64,000 bases of DNA from a virus. Both the position numbers and the translations under genes were made by a program. Within the stretch, counting starts at the first letter, position 1. The number at the start of each line of letters is the position of its first letter. Shown in pieces: positions 33,677 to 43,410 of this stretch. Location: the IMG/VR virus record IMGVR_UViG_3300021964_000017; one strand, written 5' to 3'. The notes beneath the pieces were generated by a model, which worked only from the letters and a program-made list of their open reading frames with translations, did no database searches and was not told where the DNA came from.

Positions 33677-34721
33677 CAATGCTCTCCACAATTTCATCCA
33701 TGGACACTAGAGACTGGAATCCAATCTGATATTGCTTCTTTAAGAACTCTTTAAAATCTGTGTCAGCAAAGACTGGATCCCAGAAGGCTTGATCATTAGT
33801 GGCATCGAACCGTACTTTAGGTCCAACTTCTCCAGTAGCTTTATTAACCACAGCATACCAGCCGTTAGCAGGCTTAGTAACATAGCCGCCAGCGAGAGCG
33901 CAATCGAGCAAGCCAGAATACTTGCGGACACCCCCATCCCAAGACACTGTAATAGGAATCTTAGACTTTTCTTTAACATAACGAGATTTCTCCACATTGA
34001 TTACAAAATGATACCCTTGGATCTCAGTACCTTTCTTGTCTTGCTGACGACCCAAGATCCAGATATTATCTGCACTATAATAGATACCGGTACCACCACC
34101 CACAACGTCTTTAGGGAATAGACCAATCTCTTTGTAGGTGTGGTTGATAGCTAACAAAGGAATATTCTTCATTGTCAGATATGGAGTTGTCATACGAAAC
34201 AACCCTTTGAGAGCCTTTGCTCGAGACATATCTGCAACAGACTTTTCATTCTGTGCATCTTCTAGTTCTTTCTTCGATGCCATGTTACCAATAGAGTCAA
34301 TAACAATAATGACATCATCATCGCGGTCTAGCTCTTCAAGCTGACCAATCATATCGAACTTTAGTTCTTCAACATTGGTAATCGGTGTATGCAACACACG
34401 GTCTGTATCAATGCCAAACTGTTCGAAGTAGCTCTGTGGACTACCAAATTCACTGTCATAGAACAGCATTACGGCGTCTGGATGCGCCTTTAGGTAGGCA
34501 CCTGCCATCAGTAGTGCAAAGGAAGTCTTGAAGTGCTTAGATGGCCCAGCTAGCACTGTTAACCCAGCTGCTAGACCTCCATCTACTGATCCAGACAGTG
34601 CGACATTGATCATCGGCACGTCTGTAGGTGTAAAATCTTTTTCGTTAAAGAACTTTGAATCAGACAGGATATCCGTCGATTTGATCTTGGAGTTCTTCTT
34701 TAGTTTGTCCATAATTGACAT
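33669..34721 (-). CDS. uvsX: RecA-like recombinase
   Basis: LAGPSKHFKT, YDSEFG, DSIGN, GGGTGIYYSAD. Confidence 0.96.
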   Translation of the reverse strand: MSIMDKLKKNSKIKSTDILSDSKFFNEKDFTPTDVPMINVALSGSVDGGLAAGLTVLAGPSKHFKTSFALLMAGAYLKAHPDAVMLFYDSEFGSPQSYFEQFGIDTDRVLHTPITNVEELKFDMIGQLEELDRDDDVIIVIDSIGNMASKKELEDAQNEKSVADMSRAKALKGLFRMTTPYLTMKNIPLLAINHTYKEIGLFPKDVVGGGTGIYYSADNIWILGRQQDKKGTEIQGYHFVINVEKSRYVKEKSKIPITVSWDGGVRKYSGLLDCALAGGYVTKPANGWYAVVNKATGEVGPKVRFDATNDQAFWDPVFADTDFKEFLKKQYQIGFQSLVSMDEIVESIDG

Positions 34722-35496
34722 GTTGTTCAATCTCCCGATTGTCTAGTTCATATTGTGATCTGTAATCATTGTTAATCATAATACATTTCTCCAGTAATGT
34801 CAACTTATCGCTGTGCTTTGTAAACGCAGAAAGATCCTTTGGAAAGCATGCTCCTCCAAATCCTTGCTTGCCATCAAACCCTGGAACTTTTGTATGAGAT
34901 GATCCAATACGACTATCAGCAGCAACTGCTTTTATTACTGTCATAAAGTTTGAGTCTGTTGCTGATATTGTATCGTACAGCTGATTAAAGAATGTTACTT
35001 TTAGTGCAAGGAAGCTATTGATTGTATACTTTACATAGCTTGCCTCTGCTGCTGTCATGTGGTAGAACTCTGCTTCATCACAAAGACTGTTGTGACGATA
35101 GAACTGTTCCACTGTAATTGTATCTAATGGGTAACCGCCAAGGATGTGAAACTTTGCGGACACAAACTGTTCATTAGCAGCTTTCTCTGTTAAGAACTCC
35201 GGATTGTATACAACATTATATTGCTCGATAATGTCAGGAGTTACTGTAGACTTTACAACTACTAAGGGGTGATCCTTTACTCGTTGAAGAACGCTATCAA
35301 GGATAGATGTATCAATACCGCCGTCACTCCCCATAGGGGTAGGTACACACACAAATACAATATCATACTGTAGTAAAGTATCGTCAGGAATTTCTGTATC
35401 ATATTTTGGATCCACAATGTACCTGGGTATGTTGCTAAATGCATAGTCAACTGCCTGGCCGACAAACCCATGGCCAATAATTAAAATGTTAGGCAT
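34660..35496 (-). CDS. ugd: UDP-glucose/GDP-mannose dehydrogenase family, lacking the C-terminal domain
   Basis: IIGHGFVG, CVPTP, KSTV, YNPEFL, GFGGACFPKD. Confidence 0.85.
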   Translation of the reverse strand: MPNILIIGHGFVGQAVDYAFSNIPRYIVDPKYDTEIPDDTLLQYDIVFVCVPTPMGSDGGIDTSILDSVLQRVKDHPLVVVKSTVTPDIIEQYNVVYNPEFLTEKAANEQFVSAKFHILGGYPLDTITVEQFYRHNSLCDEAEFYHMTAAEASYVKYTINSFLALKVTFFNQLYDTISATDSNFMTVIKAVAADSRIGSSHTKVPGFDGKQGFGGACFPKDLSAFTKHSDKLTLLEKCIMINNDYRSQYELDNREIEQHVNYGQTKEELQDQIDGYPV

Positions 35497-35923
35497 TACT
35501 TACTCTCGCTCTCAGATCGCTGGTAGAAAACCTATGATCTCGTTTGTTAAAATATATCTCAATACCTCGTGCTGCGCATGTAGCTCTACCAGTAAATGTA
35601 CCATGTTTATATTCTTCACCGATGATCCGTACATCAATGTGAAATGTATTCAAGATATCTTCAAGGTCTGTTTCAGTCTGATATGGTATGATTTCATCAA
35701 CATATTTTACTGCTGATAGCTGTATGTATCTTTCTACCAAAGTCTGGACTGGTTTGTTCTTTTCTTTTCTATCAACAGATGGGTCAACTTGAATCCCACA
35801 TATCAAATGATCGCATTGAGACTTAGCTTCACGCAACATCATAATATGGCCAGCATGTAGTAGATCAAACGTACTAAACGTGATTCCTACAGTTGCTTTA
35901 GAATCTTCCATGTATCTTTCCAA
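35489..35923 (-). CDS. tagD: Glycerol-3-phosphate cytidylyltransferase-like protein
   Basis: TFDLLHAGH, ER...AVKYVDEI, RDHRFSTS. Confidence 0.8.
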   Translation of the reverse strand: MERYMEDSKATVGITFSTFDLLHAGHIMMLREAKSQCDHLICGIQVDPSVDRKEKNKPVQTLVERYIQLSAVKYVDEIIPYQTETDLEDILNTFHIDVRIIGEEYKHGTFTGRATCAARGIEIYFNKRDHRFSTSDLRARVSNA

Positions 35924-35995
35924 TCTTTAACATGATGTACTATACCACCAATTTCATCAATGGCCAACAATATTTCATAGTTGTTTCCCCCCAAA

Positions 35996-36184
35996 TCACG
36001 ATCCCCACTTTTCACGTCCTTGAGTTTGCATTCTTACATGCCTTGTTGGAAGTTCAGCTTCTTGCTCGCCTAAATTTTCCCAACCTTCGTTTAGCTCTAA
36101 CCATCGATTCAGTTGTTTGCTATCGTCGAATGTCATTTCAGTAACCATGCCATTGTTACGATTTATAATAGATACTTTTTTCAT
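35996..36184 (-). CDS. Hypothetical protein
   Basis: 62-aa coupled ORF. Confidence 0.6.
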   Translation of the reverse strand: MKKVSIINRNNGMVTEMTFDDSKQLNRWLELNEGWENLGEQEAELPTRHVRMQTQGREKWGS

Positions 36185-36528
36185 TTTGTATGACCTACAG
36201 TTTCACGGACAATGTCATTATGCGAAAATTCTGCCCAATATAATTCAAAGGCAACGCCATCTTCTAGACACTCAAATTGGTGATACACACCAGGCTTAAC
36301 TTTAGTATACATTCCAGGCTCAAGAATAGTTTCATCCACCAAGTCGTAGTCTTTCTGCCATACACGAATAAGCATACGGCCGGATTCAACATAAAAGCCA
36401 TTCCACTTAAACTCATGTAGATGTTTTGAGCATACTCCACCTTTATTCATTTCAATCCGATGGAACTCTAAAGCACCATTGGCCTCAAGCAGCTCTGTTT
36501 GTCCCCAAACTTTTCCAAAAATACCCAT
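36181..36528 (-). CDS. Cupin (sugar isomerase-like) protein
   Basis: GKVWG, CSKHLH, FYVESG, PGVYHQF. Confidence 0.8.
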   Translation of the reverse strand: MGIFGKVWGQTELLEANGALEFHRIEMNKGGVCSKHLHEFKWNGFYVESGRMLIRVWQKDYDLVDETILEPGMYTKVKPGVYHQFECLEDGVAFELYWAEFSHNDIVRETVGHTK

Positions 36529-36592
36529 ACTTAATCCTTATCCCCACCATCCTAATTTAACTGTGTTATGTATAATACTCGTGTATGTGTGT

Positions 36593-36859
36593 CTACATCA
36601 CTGTCCGTGTAGTATGTTGTGATTTTATTACCTGCTCATACATAAAGAATAGTTGCTCAAACTTCCACTCATATAGCTGTTGCATACCTATCAAGGCGTT
36701 CATCATTTCATCGTGTGTAGGCTCACGTTCACCGTCACCTATCTGCTTGAACACTGTCTCAAGGTCATTACAAACGTGCCAACAATCCATTATAGGTTGT
36801 TCAAGGTCGTGTAGTTGCATTCCACTTCTCCATATCATATGGTGTATTAATTTCAACAC
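36593..36859 (-). CDS. Hypothetical protein (start uncertain)
   Basis: [16 protein letters not shown]...[10 protein letters not shown]. Confidence 0.6.
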   Translation of the reverse strand: MLKLIHHMIWRSGMQLHDLEQPIMDCWHVCNDLETVFKQIGDGEREPTHDEMMNALIGMQQLYEWKFEQLFFMYEQVIKSQHTTRTVM

Positions 36860-36897
36860 CGTTAAAGTCTACTTTACGCAAATGTACTTTGTGTCCA

Positions 36898-37686
36898 TTA
36901 GCAATCCATCTTAGTTGTTAATTCCTGTATTGTATATTGATACCGTACAATATCTTCAACAACTTTTTCAAAATCTTCTAAGCGTATCATATTTGGCCCA
37001 TCGCTTGGAGCATTATCTGGATCAGGATGCACTTCTAAGAAGAAGTTACTAACACCCATAGCAGAGGCAGCGCGAGCAAGACCTGGAACGTAATCACGAT
37101 TACCGCCACTAGATTTCCCATTGCCTCCTGGCTTTTGAACAGCGTGGGTAACATCAAAAACAATAGGTACATCGTAATTGTCAAGCATATACTGAATCCC
37201 AGTATAATCAACGACCAAAGTATTATAGCCAAAACTCGTCCCTCTTTCAGTAATCCAGACTTCTTTAGCGCCTTGCGTCTTACTGAGGATACCATCAACA
37301 TCCCATGGTGCTAAGAACTGCCCTTTCTTAATGTTGACAATACATTCTGTAGCACAAGCAGCTCTGATCAAATCTGTCTGTCTAGACAAGAACGCAGGAA
37401 TTTGTAGTACGTCTACAAAGGAGCGACATCTACTGACATGTCCTTCTGTGTGAACATCCGTAAAGATCTTAACCCCAAGAGTTTCTTTTAAAGCCTGTAG
37501 ATCAGGAAGTCCAGCGGATATTCCCACACCACGTTGACCGCTCATGGATGTGCGGTTGGCTTTATCAAAACTTGCTTTAAAGTAATAATCGATATCATAC
37601 TTGTCGCACACACGTTGACACTCTTTAGCAATCTCAGCGCTCTGAGCCAGTGTTTCGTGTTGACATGGTCCTGCAATGATTCTCAT
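36898..37686 (-). CDS. kdsA: KDO 8-phosphate synthase
   Basis: IAGPC, KASFDKANRTS, QIPAFLSRQTDL, NIKKGQF, ERGTSFGY, SDGPN. Confidence 0.95.
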   Translation of the reverse strand: MRIIAGPCQHETLAQSAEIAKECQRVCDKYDIDYYFKASFDKANRTSMSGQRGVGISAGLPDLQALKETLGVKIFTDVHTEGHVSRCRSFVDVLQIPAFLSRQTDLIRAACATECIVNIKKGQFLAPWDVDGILSKTQGAKEVWITERGTSFGYNTLVVDYTGIQYMLDNYDVPIVFDVTHAVQKPGGNGKSSGGNRDYVPGLARAASAMGVSNFFLEVHPDPDNAPSDGPNMIRLEDFEKVVEDIVRYQYTIQELTTKMDC

Positions 37687-37880
37687 TGTGATTGACTCGC
37701 TGTTATAAACATCTCACGCCGACCCTCAATGCCTAGCTGAGCATCATAGATGTCTTTCAATTTAACTTGCATCATTGAAGCCAACATTAAGATTTCATTA
37801 CGATCATCACATAGCATAATCGCTTCATCAATTGGCGCGGCTAGCATTAACATTTTAGCAGTCAGTTGTTCATTGTTCAT
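37683..37880 (-). CDS. Hypothetical protein
   Basis: 65-aa coupled ORF. Confidence 0.65.
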   Translation of the reverse strand: MNNEQLTAKMLMLAAPIDEAIMLCDDRNEILMLASMMQVKLKDIYDAQLGIEGRREMFITASQSQ

Positions 37881-38875
37881 TGTATAACTCCATGCTTGTA
37901 TGCATACTCTAATGCGTTGTTAGCTTCTACTTCCATAGGTCTATTCTCATACCAGTTGCCTGTCTCTCTATCAAACTGCTTACACAATTCAACTATCTGA
38001 GATGCAGTGATTGGATATCCCTTCTCAACAGCCTTGCCAGCTGTTGCTATCATAATACGATACATTTGTCTGTACCAACCAGTGGATGAGATAGTTATGT
38101 ATTCCATTGCTAGTTTCTTCGGCCAGAATGGACAATCGTTGTATCCAGTCCAAACATACGATGTGTTATCTAGTTTGCCTTTACGATACTCTACAATCTG
38201 CTCTCTCCACGCAGGAGGAAGTCTATCCATAAAACTCTTAGCATCACGTTTGTCATCGTATGGCCAACGAGCTAGAACATAATCGACATCCATAGGCTCA
38301 GCGCTATTAACGAAGAAAAAATTATTAGCATCAAAATAACTAGCAGGAATATAATACATACGCGCAAAGTCTTTAGTTTGCTTATCTCCGATGTCTTCAA
38401 GCTCTGAGTTGAGGGCGTACCAAAAGTGTTTAATTCGATCTTTTGTAACTGAACCGTTAAGTTGGAATACCAACCGAAACTTTGGTAGAGTAGTAGTACT
38501 GCTAGCAGTACTGTAACAAACGTAGGTCCAATGACCAAAGCGCTTACGAAGCTCATCTTCTACATCTCCATCAATCTCAATATCATCAACATCAACAGCA
38601 GCCCAACCAGCCCAAGCAATGACATTGTCGTTCTTTCTAGTAGTATTAGGTTTAAATATAGCTGGCGTAATAAGTTCAGCGTCTTGCTTACCATTTAGTT
38701 TCCTTTCACTTAGTTTGCTTAGGAACTTAACAAATCGCTCCCAAGACTCAAAGTCCATTCTACGATGGGTCTTATTATCATATACAAAACGTTGTTGTTC
38801 TTCCCACCAACGTGGTGATTTAAATACTGTTAGACTATACAAAGAAGTCCTCCAACGTAGCTCTTGGCTCAACAT
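37877..38875 (-). CDS. Archaeo-eukaryotic primase (PrimPol)-like protein with a helical C-terminal domain
   Basis: AAVDVDD, YSTASS...PKFRLVF, D.QTKD.ARMYYIP; start probably TTG near 38842. Confidence 0.6.
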   Translation of the reverse strand: MLSQELRWRTSLYSLTVFKSPRWWEEQQRFVYDNKTHRRMDFESWERFVKFLSKLSERKLNGKQDAELITPAIFKPNTTRKNDNVIAWAGWAAVDVDDIEIDGDVEDELRKRFGHWTYVCYSTASSTTTLPKFRLVFQLNGSVTKDRIKHFWYALNSELEDIGDKQTKDFARMYYIPASYFDANNFFFVNSAEPMDVDYVLARWPYDDKRDAKSFMDRLPPAWREQIVEYRKGKLDNTSYVWTGYNDCPFWPKKLAMEYITISSTGWYRQMYRIMIATAGKAVEKGYPITASQIVELCKQFDRETGNWYENRPMEVEANNALEYAYKHGVIQ

Positions 38876-41333
38876 CCCAACCTATCTCATCTAAGATGTT
38901 GCGAATTGGCTCAACAAAAGATTTTTCATACATCTTATTATAGTCGATAAACCGATGTAAGTCAAGCTCCTTAGGTAAGTTCAACGAGTAAGAGATAATG
39001 TTTTCTTTGATAGGATTGGGTGTCTTTAGATAACAGAACTTAATCTTCTCGCCGTTCTTGACAGCCTCATATCGATTGTCAATACCTTTCTTTGCTACAT
39101 GATAGTTATACAGCAACGCACCTCGGACATGTATAGGACATGCCTTCTTATAGATATCCCGACGATCTGACCATTTGTCGAGATCGGATATACCACGAGG
39201 GAATGATACCTGCTCAGGGTCAAGCGCAGAGAATTCCTTACGGAAGTTAGCAACAAACTTCTGAGTAGCATCCTCTCCTTCGTTTAGAATAACATTGAAG
39301 ATCTCTTTGAATCGATCACGACATACTTGAGGAGTAGACGACTTGACAGCCTCAACTCCCATAACCTTCAGCTTGGGTTGAGCATAACGTACACCTTCGT
39401 TATCATGCACTTGCATGAAGTAGCGCTTCTTGGCAATCCACACAGCCTTATCAGCAATTACTTCTCGAGCCATCTCCATACGATTCTCATATGCATTCAT
39501 CTTTCTAAACAGCTTATCATAAGCGGATGCAAGAATATCCTCAAAGTGCTCTGAGCATATCTTATTAAGAAAGTCGACAGGAGAGTTTGGATTAAACTTA
39601 TCGACAAGAGGCTTCATACGAACATACAATGAGTCTGTATCGATAGCTATGATGTAATCTACATCAGTCGTTTCAAGTAGCTTGTTCATCTCTTTGTTAA
39701 TAGCTTCTTGAGCCCACAGAATAGATAGCTGACCAGATGTAGTAATAGCCTCAGCCATACGACGATCAAAGTATCTAAAGTAGTTATTACCTAGAGCACC
39801 ATACAAAGAGTTCATAAGAATCTTGATAGACATCTGTTGATTCTCTAATGTGTTGATCTCATTCTCTAGCTTCTTAGTCTTACCAGACTCATACTCTTGC
39901 TGAGCTTCTAGCATGCGATTCTTAATAGCTCTACGCTCATCATAGTACTGCTTAATGATCTTAGGAATCACACCCTGCTGATCTTTACGGAACTGCAACC
40001 CAGATGCAGCAACAGCATAATCGTCTTCTAAGATGAAGTCTTGGTCGTTTAAGATAGCTTCGACGTTGATACCAGGAATTGCTCCATCAACGATAGTCTC
40101 AGGTGACATGTTATACTGAACAATGATGTTAGGATATAGAGAGTTGAGGTCAAATGACACAACCCAATCATGCTTGCCTGTCATAGGATCTTTTACGTAA
40201 GCACCAGGATACTTCTCTTTTATCTTTGCTACCTTAGGAGGAACAACAGTCTGATCCTTATACATCAGACGATATAGAATAGAATCCCAGATCGATGTAG
40301 TACCGAATGTCTCGGAGTAGTTAACACCACCACGATATGCCATAGTCATGGCAAGAGTGATAAGACCCATCTTCTCTTCTAATCGATCGATCAACTGTAC
40401 ATCCTTGATGTTATAGTCGATATACAACTGATGGTCTTGCTTATAGAGATTCTGTAGGTTGCCTACTTCATCAAACGATAGTTTGTTATCACCGAGAACA
40501 ATGTATGCAACATGGTCTAGCTTGTATGATTCCAATGTACCATATGCATATCCAAACTTACGGAATAGATCATAGTAGTCTAGCTGTTGAATGCCCATCA
40601 TCTCATAGGCAATATTAGTACGACCAGCAATGACGATGTCGCGTTGATCTACTACACCCCATGGAGAGAACTTCTTATAGACGTCTCCACCAATGATATT
40701 CTTTACACGATTAATAAGATATGGAAAGTCAAATAGACGAGTATTCCAACCCGTAACCACATCGGGACAATACCTAGAATCGTGCCACCAACCCAACCAA
40801 TCGAGTAGCAAAGAGATTTCGTCTTTGCACTTCTTGTAATGGATTGCGTTAACTCCCTCAATGGGACACTTGTCTGGATCATAGTCTTTCAGCCCCCACA
40901 CATAGTATGTATCTGATTGGTTACTCTTCATGGTAATAGCTGTCACTGGATGAGCAGCATCTGCAACAAAGGGAAAACCATCTTCTGAGTGAACCTCAAT
41001 ATCAATAGAAGTCACATTGACTTTATCTCGATCGAACTTGATCTCACCAGGGAAGCGATCAGTCAGAAACTGGTTAACGTAATTGGTAGTACCATAGATA
41101 GGAAAGTTGTCCACACCTTCATACTTCTTAATGAAGTCACGCGCATCGCGCATCGTATCAAATGTAACCGGTTGGACAGGATTGTTCTGTAGTGTATTCC
41201 ATCCAGACTCTTTGTTGGTGGGAATAAACAGAGTTGGCATATAGGGAATCTTCTTATCGATACGTTTGCCATCTTCAAATCCTCTATAGAGGATGTTATT
41301 ACCGTATCGATTGACGCTAGTGTAAAAGTTCAT
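38835..41333 (-). CDS. gp43: Family B DNA polymerase
   Basis: DIEV exo I, SFDLNSLYP, KILMNSLYG, IDTDS, KKRY. Confidence 0.98.
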   Translation of the reverse strand: MNFYTSVNRYGNNILYRGFEDGKRIDKKIPYMPTLFIPTNKESGWNTLQNNPVQPVTFDTMRDARDFIKKYEGVDNFPIYGTTNYVNQFLTDRFPGEIKFDRDKVNVTSIDIEVHSEDGFPFVADAAHPVTAITMKSNQSDTYYVWGLKDYDPDKCPIEGVNAIHYKKCKDEISLLLDWLGWWHDSRYCPDVVTGWNTRLFDFPYLINRVKNIIGGDVYKKFSPWGVVDQRDIVIAGRTNIAYEMMGIQQLDYYDLFRKFGYAYGTLESYKLDHVAYIVLGDNKLSFDEVGNLQNLYKQDHQLYIDYNIKDVQLIDRLEEKMGLITLAMTMAYRGGVNYSETFGTTSIWDSILYRLMYKDQTVVPPKVAKIKEKYPGAYVKDPMTGKHDWVVSFDLNSLYPNIIVQYNMSPETIVDGAIPGINVEAILNDQDFILEDDYAVAASGLQFRKDQQGVIPKIIKQYYDERRAIKNRMLEAQQEYESGKTKKLENEINTLENQQMSIKILMNSLYGALGNNYFRYFDRRMAEAITTSGQLSILWAQEAINKEMNKLLETTDVDYIIAIDTDSLYVRMKPLVDKFNPNSPVDFLNKICSEHFEDILASAYDKLFRKMNAYENRMEMAREVIADKAVWIAKKRYFMQVHDNEGVRYAQPKLKVMGVEAVKSSTPQVCRDRFKEIFNVILNEGEDATQKFVANFRKEFSALDPEQVSFPRGISDLDKWSDRRDIYKKACPIHVRGALLYNYHVAKKGIDNRYEAVKNGEKIKFCYLKTPNPIKENIISYSLNLPKELDLHRFIDYNKMYEKSFVEPIRNILDEIGWDVEPRATLEDFFV

Positions 41334-41373
41334 ATTACCTCCGAACTTACATATTTAGCTTATATTATACTAT

Positions 41374-41402
41374 AAAAAGGAAAGGGGGGCAACAGCCCCC
41401 CA
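41374..41402 (-). terminator. Intrinsic terminator overlapping the gp43 promoter
   Basis: GGGGGGC-TGTT-GCCCCCC-TTTCCTTTTT. Confidence 0.7.
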
Positions 41403-41407
41403 ATCTT

Positions 41408-41617
41408 TTATTTCTTGTCAGACACAAAGGAATACATTTCCTTGGCCTTCTCTTGAAGTTCTTCCATTGTATACATTGTTGGACATTCGTCGATAGTTTT
41501 TTTACCAGCTTCCATCATTTGCGTAAAGAGAGCGGTATTCAATTCTACTTGTTTATCCATGTAGTCTTTTGCCATAGCAAGAATGTCTGCACGGATTTCG
41601 AATGGATTCTTATTCAT
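41408..41617 (-). CDS. Conserved phage hypothetical protein
   Basis: NPFEIRADILAMAKD...AKEMYSFV. Confidence 0.75.
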   Translation of the reverse strand: MNKNPFEIRADILAMAKDYMDKQVELNTALFTQMMEAGKKTIDECPTMYTMEELQEKAKEMYSFVSDKK

Positions 41618-41647
41618 ATTATTTTCTTTCTGTGATGTGTGTGATCA

Positions 41648-41671
41648 GAGGGGCGGGTGATTCCGCCCCTC
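41648..41671 (-). terminator. GC hairpin after the hsp20-DUF1127 unit
   Basis: GAGGGGCGG-AATCAC-CCGCCCCTC. Confidence 0.5.
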
Positions 41672-41679
41672 AGTGCCGT

Positions 41680-41853
41680 TTAGTTTCTTAGGTTCTTAAT
41701 CTGAAGCATACAATACTTTGATTCTTCATACAAACCTTGACGTGCTAGTTCAGCAGCTGCTCTAGCATATCCAATTACCTCAAGCTGATTCATAATCTTT
41801 TTTCCTAAACCAGCAAATGGGCTGGCTATCAAGTTATAAGCGATAGTTGTCAT
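41680..41853 (-). CDS. Small protein of a type seen in roseobacters
   Basis: GYARAAAELARQG motif; GGAG RBS. Confidence 0.6.
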   Translation of the reverse strand: MTTIAYNLIASPFAGLGKKIMNQLEVIGYARAAAELARQGLYEESKYCMLQIKNLRN

Positions 41854-41854
41854 C

Positions 41855-42112
41855 TTAAACTCTCCCACGAATTTTATCGTGGTAGTCGGAAACATCTGTA
41901 CTTGCAATGGTGTAGATATCACCACGGCTAATACCAATGTCGCGCAATTCAGCGTTAGTAAGATTATTCAATTCGCGAATTGTATTCCGGATGTCTTGTT
42001 CTTTACGATATGAAGTGTAAAGACCTTTAAAGATATCCACAACAGCTTTAAAGAGTTGTGCGACCTGAGTGATTACCATCATTTTCGGTAAGTAGTTGAC
42101 TATTGTAGTCAT
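41855..42112 (-). CDS. DUF1127 (YjiS-like) protein
   Basis: TIRELNNLTNAELRDIGISRGDI. Confidence 0.85.
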   Translation of the reverse strand: MTTIVNYLPKMMVITQVAQLFKAVVDIFKGLYTSYRKEQDIRNTIRELNNLTNAELRDIGISRGDIYTIASTDVSDYHDKIRGRV

Positions 42113-42536
42113 TTGTTAATTCCTCGTTTTGACCAATATTGATTTTACGAGGACGCATTTCTTCAGGGATAATATACTTCAGTTCGATTGCAAGTATACC
42201 ATCTCGAATATCTGCTCCGTGCACTTTTACGTGCTCAGACAGCCGGAATGTTCGTTTAAACTTCTTTGTGGAAATACCACGGTGAATAAACTCACGACCC
42301 CTTGAGACATGCTCCCCTGTTACTGTCAAGGTACGATCCTTAACTTCAACAGATAGTTCATCCTTTGTGAACCCCGCAATAGCCAGCTCAATCAGATAGT
42401 CTGATTCAGATGTACGAATAATATTATGTGGGGGATAATGGTCTTGAGCATGTTTAGCAGTGAACTCGAGTTCATTGAATAGATGATCGAAACCAACAAA
42501 AGATGACCGCGGGAATAGTGTTTGTAAGCCTGTCAT
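42048..42536 (-). CDS. Small heat-shock protein Hsp20 (IbpA-like)
   Basis: GFDHLF, YPPHNI, IELAIAGF, FIHRGIS...FKRTF, GILAI, PEEMRPRKI. Confidence 0.95.
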   Translation of the reverse strand: MTGLQTLFPRSSFVGFDHLFNELEFTAKHAQDHYPPHNIIRTSESDYLIELAIAGFTKDELSVEVKDRTLTVTGEHVSRGREFIHRGISTKKFKRTFRLSEHVKVHGADIRDGILAIELKYIIPEEMRPRKINIGQNEELTNDYNSQLLTENDGNHSGRTTL

Positions 42537-42540
42537 TGTT

Positions 42541-42592
42541 ATCTCCTTTTGAACAAGCAAGATTATAGCGTGACCGGATTATTCCGCATCAC
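42541..42592 (-). promoter_or_regulatory. ROSE-like RNA thermometer in the hsp20 5' UTR
   Basis: ATCTTGCTT-GTTCA-AAAGGAGAT: UUGCU pairs with the SD with a bulged G; a second hairpin lies upstream. Confidence 0.6.
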
Positions 42593-42638
42593 TATAGTAT
42601 ATATAATACCTTTGAACGCAAATGTCAACAGGTAGAAT

Positions 42639-43046
42639 TTATTTATTTCCAATATTATATTTTGGACAAAGTTCCCACTGAACCTTCTCCTTGAATGGGA
42701 TGATCTTAATCTGACGAAGAGGTGCACAACTCAATTCATTTACACCTTCAATCTCAACAAGACCCCAATCGCTCAGTAGTGTAGCAATTGTGTTTCTTCG
42801 TGCGATATCGTTCTCTTCGAGATTAGCTTTCTTCCCATCCAACATAAACAGTTCTTTAAAGTGGACGATAAAGTATCTGCCCTGCTTATGTAGAATATGA
42901 CATGATTGAAATAGTTTTTTATCTTTGCGGGACGCAACGCCAATACGTGTAAGTGTCTCACGAACCTTCAAGAAATCATCAGGCTCATTCAGAACAATTT
43001 CCAACATATCTGTGGGTTGCCACTCTACTATATTATTTTCTTCCAC
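42639..43046 (-). CDS. regA: Translational repressor
   Basis: DDFLKVRETLTRIGVAS...QSCHILHKQGRYFIVHFKELF. Confidence 0.97.
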   Translation of the reverse strand: MEENNIVEWQPTDMLEIVLNEPDDFLKVRETLTRIGVASRKDKKLFQSCHILHKQGRYFIVHFKELFMLDGKKANLEENDIARRNTIATLLSDWGLVEIEGVNELSCAPLRQIKIIPFKEKVQWELCPKYNIGNK

Positions 43047-43410
43047 CTTTGCTCACCTTCTGTCTTATAATTTTTATTTGTTCAGGTGATAGAAGAGATA
43101 ATACTTGTTTGGCTTTTTCGTTGCTATAACCATAGTATTGCTTAATCACTTCAATATCACTGACCTGCTGAGGTTTAATCCATTTCGAAAATCTTTTACG
43201 TTTTCGAATAATATTTATAAGAAAGTGATATTGGAGTTTATTATCAATGTGATGATAACGGTTCATCACATTAGCAAAGGATACAGTATCTTGAAAGTAG
43301 CTTAATGATCTATTGATCATAAAACCATTATATGACTTCTCGGTCATATCATCAATCATAAGATTTCGCTTATGATCATTTATGCTGTTGAGGTAATCGA
43401 ATGGGCTCAT
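43033..43410 (-). CDS. gp62: Clamp loader small subunit
   Basis: PFDYLNSIN, FMINRSLS, RKRKRFSKW, YYGYSNEKA. Confidence 0.93.
   Translation of the reverse strand: MSPFDYLNSINDHKRNLMIDDMTEKSYNGFMINRSLSYFQDTVSFANVMNRYHHIDNKLQYHFLINIIRKRKRFSKWIKPQQVSDIEVIKQYYGYSNEKAKQVLSLLSPEQIKIIRQKVSKGGRK

Noticed and set aside
38835-41333. Introns or inteins in gp43 (also checked gp41, gp17, thyX)
   Set aside because: ORFs are continuous and of normal length.
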